Source: the human T2T-CHM13v2.0 reference genome, Homo sapiens. Taken from it: a stretch of DNA of 64,000 nucleotides. Shown here in pieces: positions 61,505 through 64,000 of the stretch (its first letter is position 1; each line of letters starts with the position of its first letter). The DNA lies in NCBI RefSeq assembly GCF_009914755.1, contig NC_060937.1, one strand, 5' to 3'. A program made the position numbers and the translations under genes. Below the pieces are notes generated by a model, which saw only the letters and a list, made by a program, of their open reading frames with translations, had not been told where the DNA came from and did not search any database.

Positions 61505-63119
61505 TCCGTTCTTTCTTTATAGCAAGAGTCACATTGTTTGTTGACTGATATTCAGCTTATGGTTCACGGGGATCATCCTTTCTATCTAACGTATGTCAAA
61601 TAGACAGATGCACTTGGGGTCTCTGCCAGCTGCTTCCCATCCCTCTATCTGATTTTACCTATCAGTTGTCCAATATTGTCCAACCTATTCATCTAGCTAG
61701 TAAAGATAATTTTGAATTTCACTTCTCTTATGAGAGTAGTCAGCTCCTCCAAATATACAGAAACTTAAGGAGGCTGCCTCTCCTGTAATCATCCTAGTCA
61801 CTGACTTAAAAGGGAAAAAAAGGGTACTGTCAAAAACTAACAGACAGGGAAAAAAAGATTATCTTACATCAGTAGCAACCTTCCTATTTGGGTATTACAG
61901 AGAAGTGAAATTTTTTTAGTTCTCTTTTGACAAGTATCTGAGAACATATCTCAGAGCAAAAACACATATGCCATTTCTCTCTTCTTTTTTCTCTCTTAAT
62001 TTTCTAAATCCTGGTTATTATATCAAAGGTGCTTCAGAGCATCTATTGTCTGTGTGTGGATGATCGTAACTACCCATCATTCCCAGTTTAAAAATTTCTG
62101 TTTTCTATTTTTCCTTTGCAGCCCATTCCCACCTCATTAAAATCTAGATGGATTGTGTTTGGTAAAAGCTACGCATATTTTCCTGGCCCTGGCAGTCCCC
62201 TTTGCTAAGATCCAGCCCTAGAGATCCTGCTCATATTTTAGATGCATGGAAAAAGGAGGGGTCTGGATGGAGGAACCCAAATAAACAGATGGTTGCCTTG
62301 ACAATTTGTAAGAGATTCTTTCATGATCATTTTTCATGGTTTTCTCTTGAAATAAATAGTGAGACTGCGATACAATTTTTAACTCTTTGACCTCCTGCAA
62401 ATGGTACCAAGGTTCACAAACTGCATAGAACACCAAAATGCCTCTGCCACAGAGCCACCTTCGGCTTTGACTCCTTCAAGGTCCCATCCTGCATTGCCCT
62501 AGGAAATGTTCATAGAGACCTATCTTCAAGGCAGGTCATAGGTGTCCTGGGTGTAAACATGAGTGTGGCATAGCAAGGAGGCTGTGATACTTTGTAGAAG
62601 ACAAAGATAGACAATTATTATGATATCAGGCAGGAAATCCTGGGGCAAGAGCATATGGAATGCATGAAATCACAGAGAAAGAGGGAATTCACTCCAAATT
62701 GGAGGGTTGGGCAGAGCCCTGGAGGAGGTGAGGTGGTGCTAAGGAGTACTGGGGAGCAGAGTTTAAGCCAAGGAAACTTGAGCCTGACTACAATGACGGA
62801 GGGCAGGGGAGGGAAAGGAATTCCAAGTTTAAGGAAGACAAAGAAACAGAACTAATAAAATTGAACATTTTAACATTGACCTGCATGTTTCTACTATGTC
62901 AGTTTTTAGGTTGTTTGTATATTTGTTTGTAAATGTACTTTTTATAAAGCATTGACATAGAGGCTCTTGCTCTAAGATAGAAAAATATGGGGCAATTCCA
63001 TTTATATGTCTGAATTTCCTTTTACATTTCCCTATGCCCAGATTCCTTATCCAGGTTATCACACAAGCCTGAAGTTCTACAGGCCTTGTAGATGGAAGGC
63101 TTCCAAATTACAATGCAGT

Positions 63120-63382
63120 TAGTAAAGCGTAGTGGCTTAAGACATAAGCTTTAGAGTTAGATCCGAGTTCATGACCCCTCATAATCACTTCCTGGCTTTA
63201 TGTACACCTGACAGGCTGTGCAACCTCAGAGCCTCATTTACTCATCTGTAAAATGGAGATGATAATAGTGCTTATCTCACAGAGTTTTGTGAGAGTTACG
63301 TGAGATACAGTGCACAAGCCGTTAAGCACAGGGCCGGGCATCTGTTGTCGATCAGGTAGGTAATGCTTATCATTAGTTATTG
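63120..63382 (+). mobile_element. MIR SINE
   Basis: agcgtagtggcttaagacataagctttagagttaga...gcctcatttactcatctgtaaaatggagatgataatagt. Confidence 0.8.
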
Positions 63383-63567
63383 CTCCAAAACACAGTGTTC
63401 ATAAAGTTTTCTCCAAGGAGACCCACCATTAGGCTTTCCTATGACTTTTCTAAATGTTTGTTGCTACTTCAATGCAAGAAAATATGCCAGGAGTAAAAAT
63501 CACCGCAAACTTTTTTAAATATTGGGAGCCAAAATGTCCCAAATTTCATAAGCCTGTGATGTCATGA

Positions 63568-63856
63568 TTTCTTTTCTTTTTTTTTTTTTTTTTTTTTTTT
63601 GAGATGGAGTCTGGCCCTGTTTCTCTGTTGCCTGGGCTGAAGTGTAGTGGCATGATCTCAGCTTACTGCAACCTCTGCCTCCTGGGTTCAAGCAATTCTC
63701 CTGCCTCAGCCTCCTGGGTAGCTAGGATTACAATTTTTAATAGAGACAGGGTTTCACCCTGTTGGCCAGGCTGGTCTCAAACTCCTGACCTCAGGTGATA
63801 CCTGCCTTGGCCTCCCAAAGTGCTGGGATTACAGGCGTGAGTCACCACGCCCAGCC
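63568..63856 (-). mobile_element. AluS with internal deletion
   Basis: Poly-T, gagatggagtct...gggttcaagcaattctcctgcctcagc; the mid-region is partly missing. Confidence 0.88.
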
Positions 63857-64000
63857 CATGGTTTCTTTTTATGCCAAATTACAACAGTCTAAACCTTCAT
63901 TGTATTTGCCTTCAAGTTTAGTCTTTTTTCAGGTATCCAAGCATTTGGGTGAGTCCCTGGAGAATTTTTATTCAGAGGGGACCTCCCTACATGGCCCTTA

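Overview
Human (primate) genomic DNA. The only coding sequence I can support is one 212-nt internal exon at 644-855 (+). Its peptide ([71 protein letters not shown]) I recognise from memory as MTUS2 (CAZIP/TIP150). The remaining ~63 kb appears to be one long intron dense in Alu, L1, L2, MIR, MaLR/ERV1/ERVL LTRs and DNA transposons. Nearly all ORFs in the track are repeat artefacts. I found no convincing new gene system. The most unusual structures are: (1) a MADE1 (Hsmar1 MITE) that contains a 175-bp copy of sequence ~1 kb upstream and a 5x amplified right arm; (2) a human-specific L1HS pre-Ta insertion in sense orientation with a perfect TSD; (3) a tailless 5'-half tRNA-Lys retrocopy; (4) a ~900-bp purine/pyrimidine-alternating VNTR with phased CACGTG E-boxes; (5) an in-frame tandem splice acceptor and candidate cryptic exons. 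Repeat names and subfamilies are assigned by eye from remembered consensus sequences, and boundaries are approximate unless a TSD is quoted.
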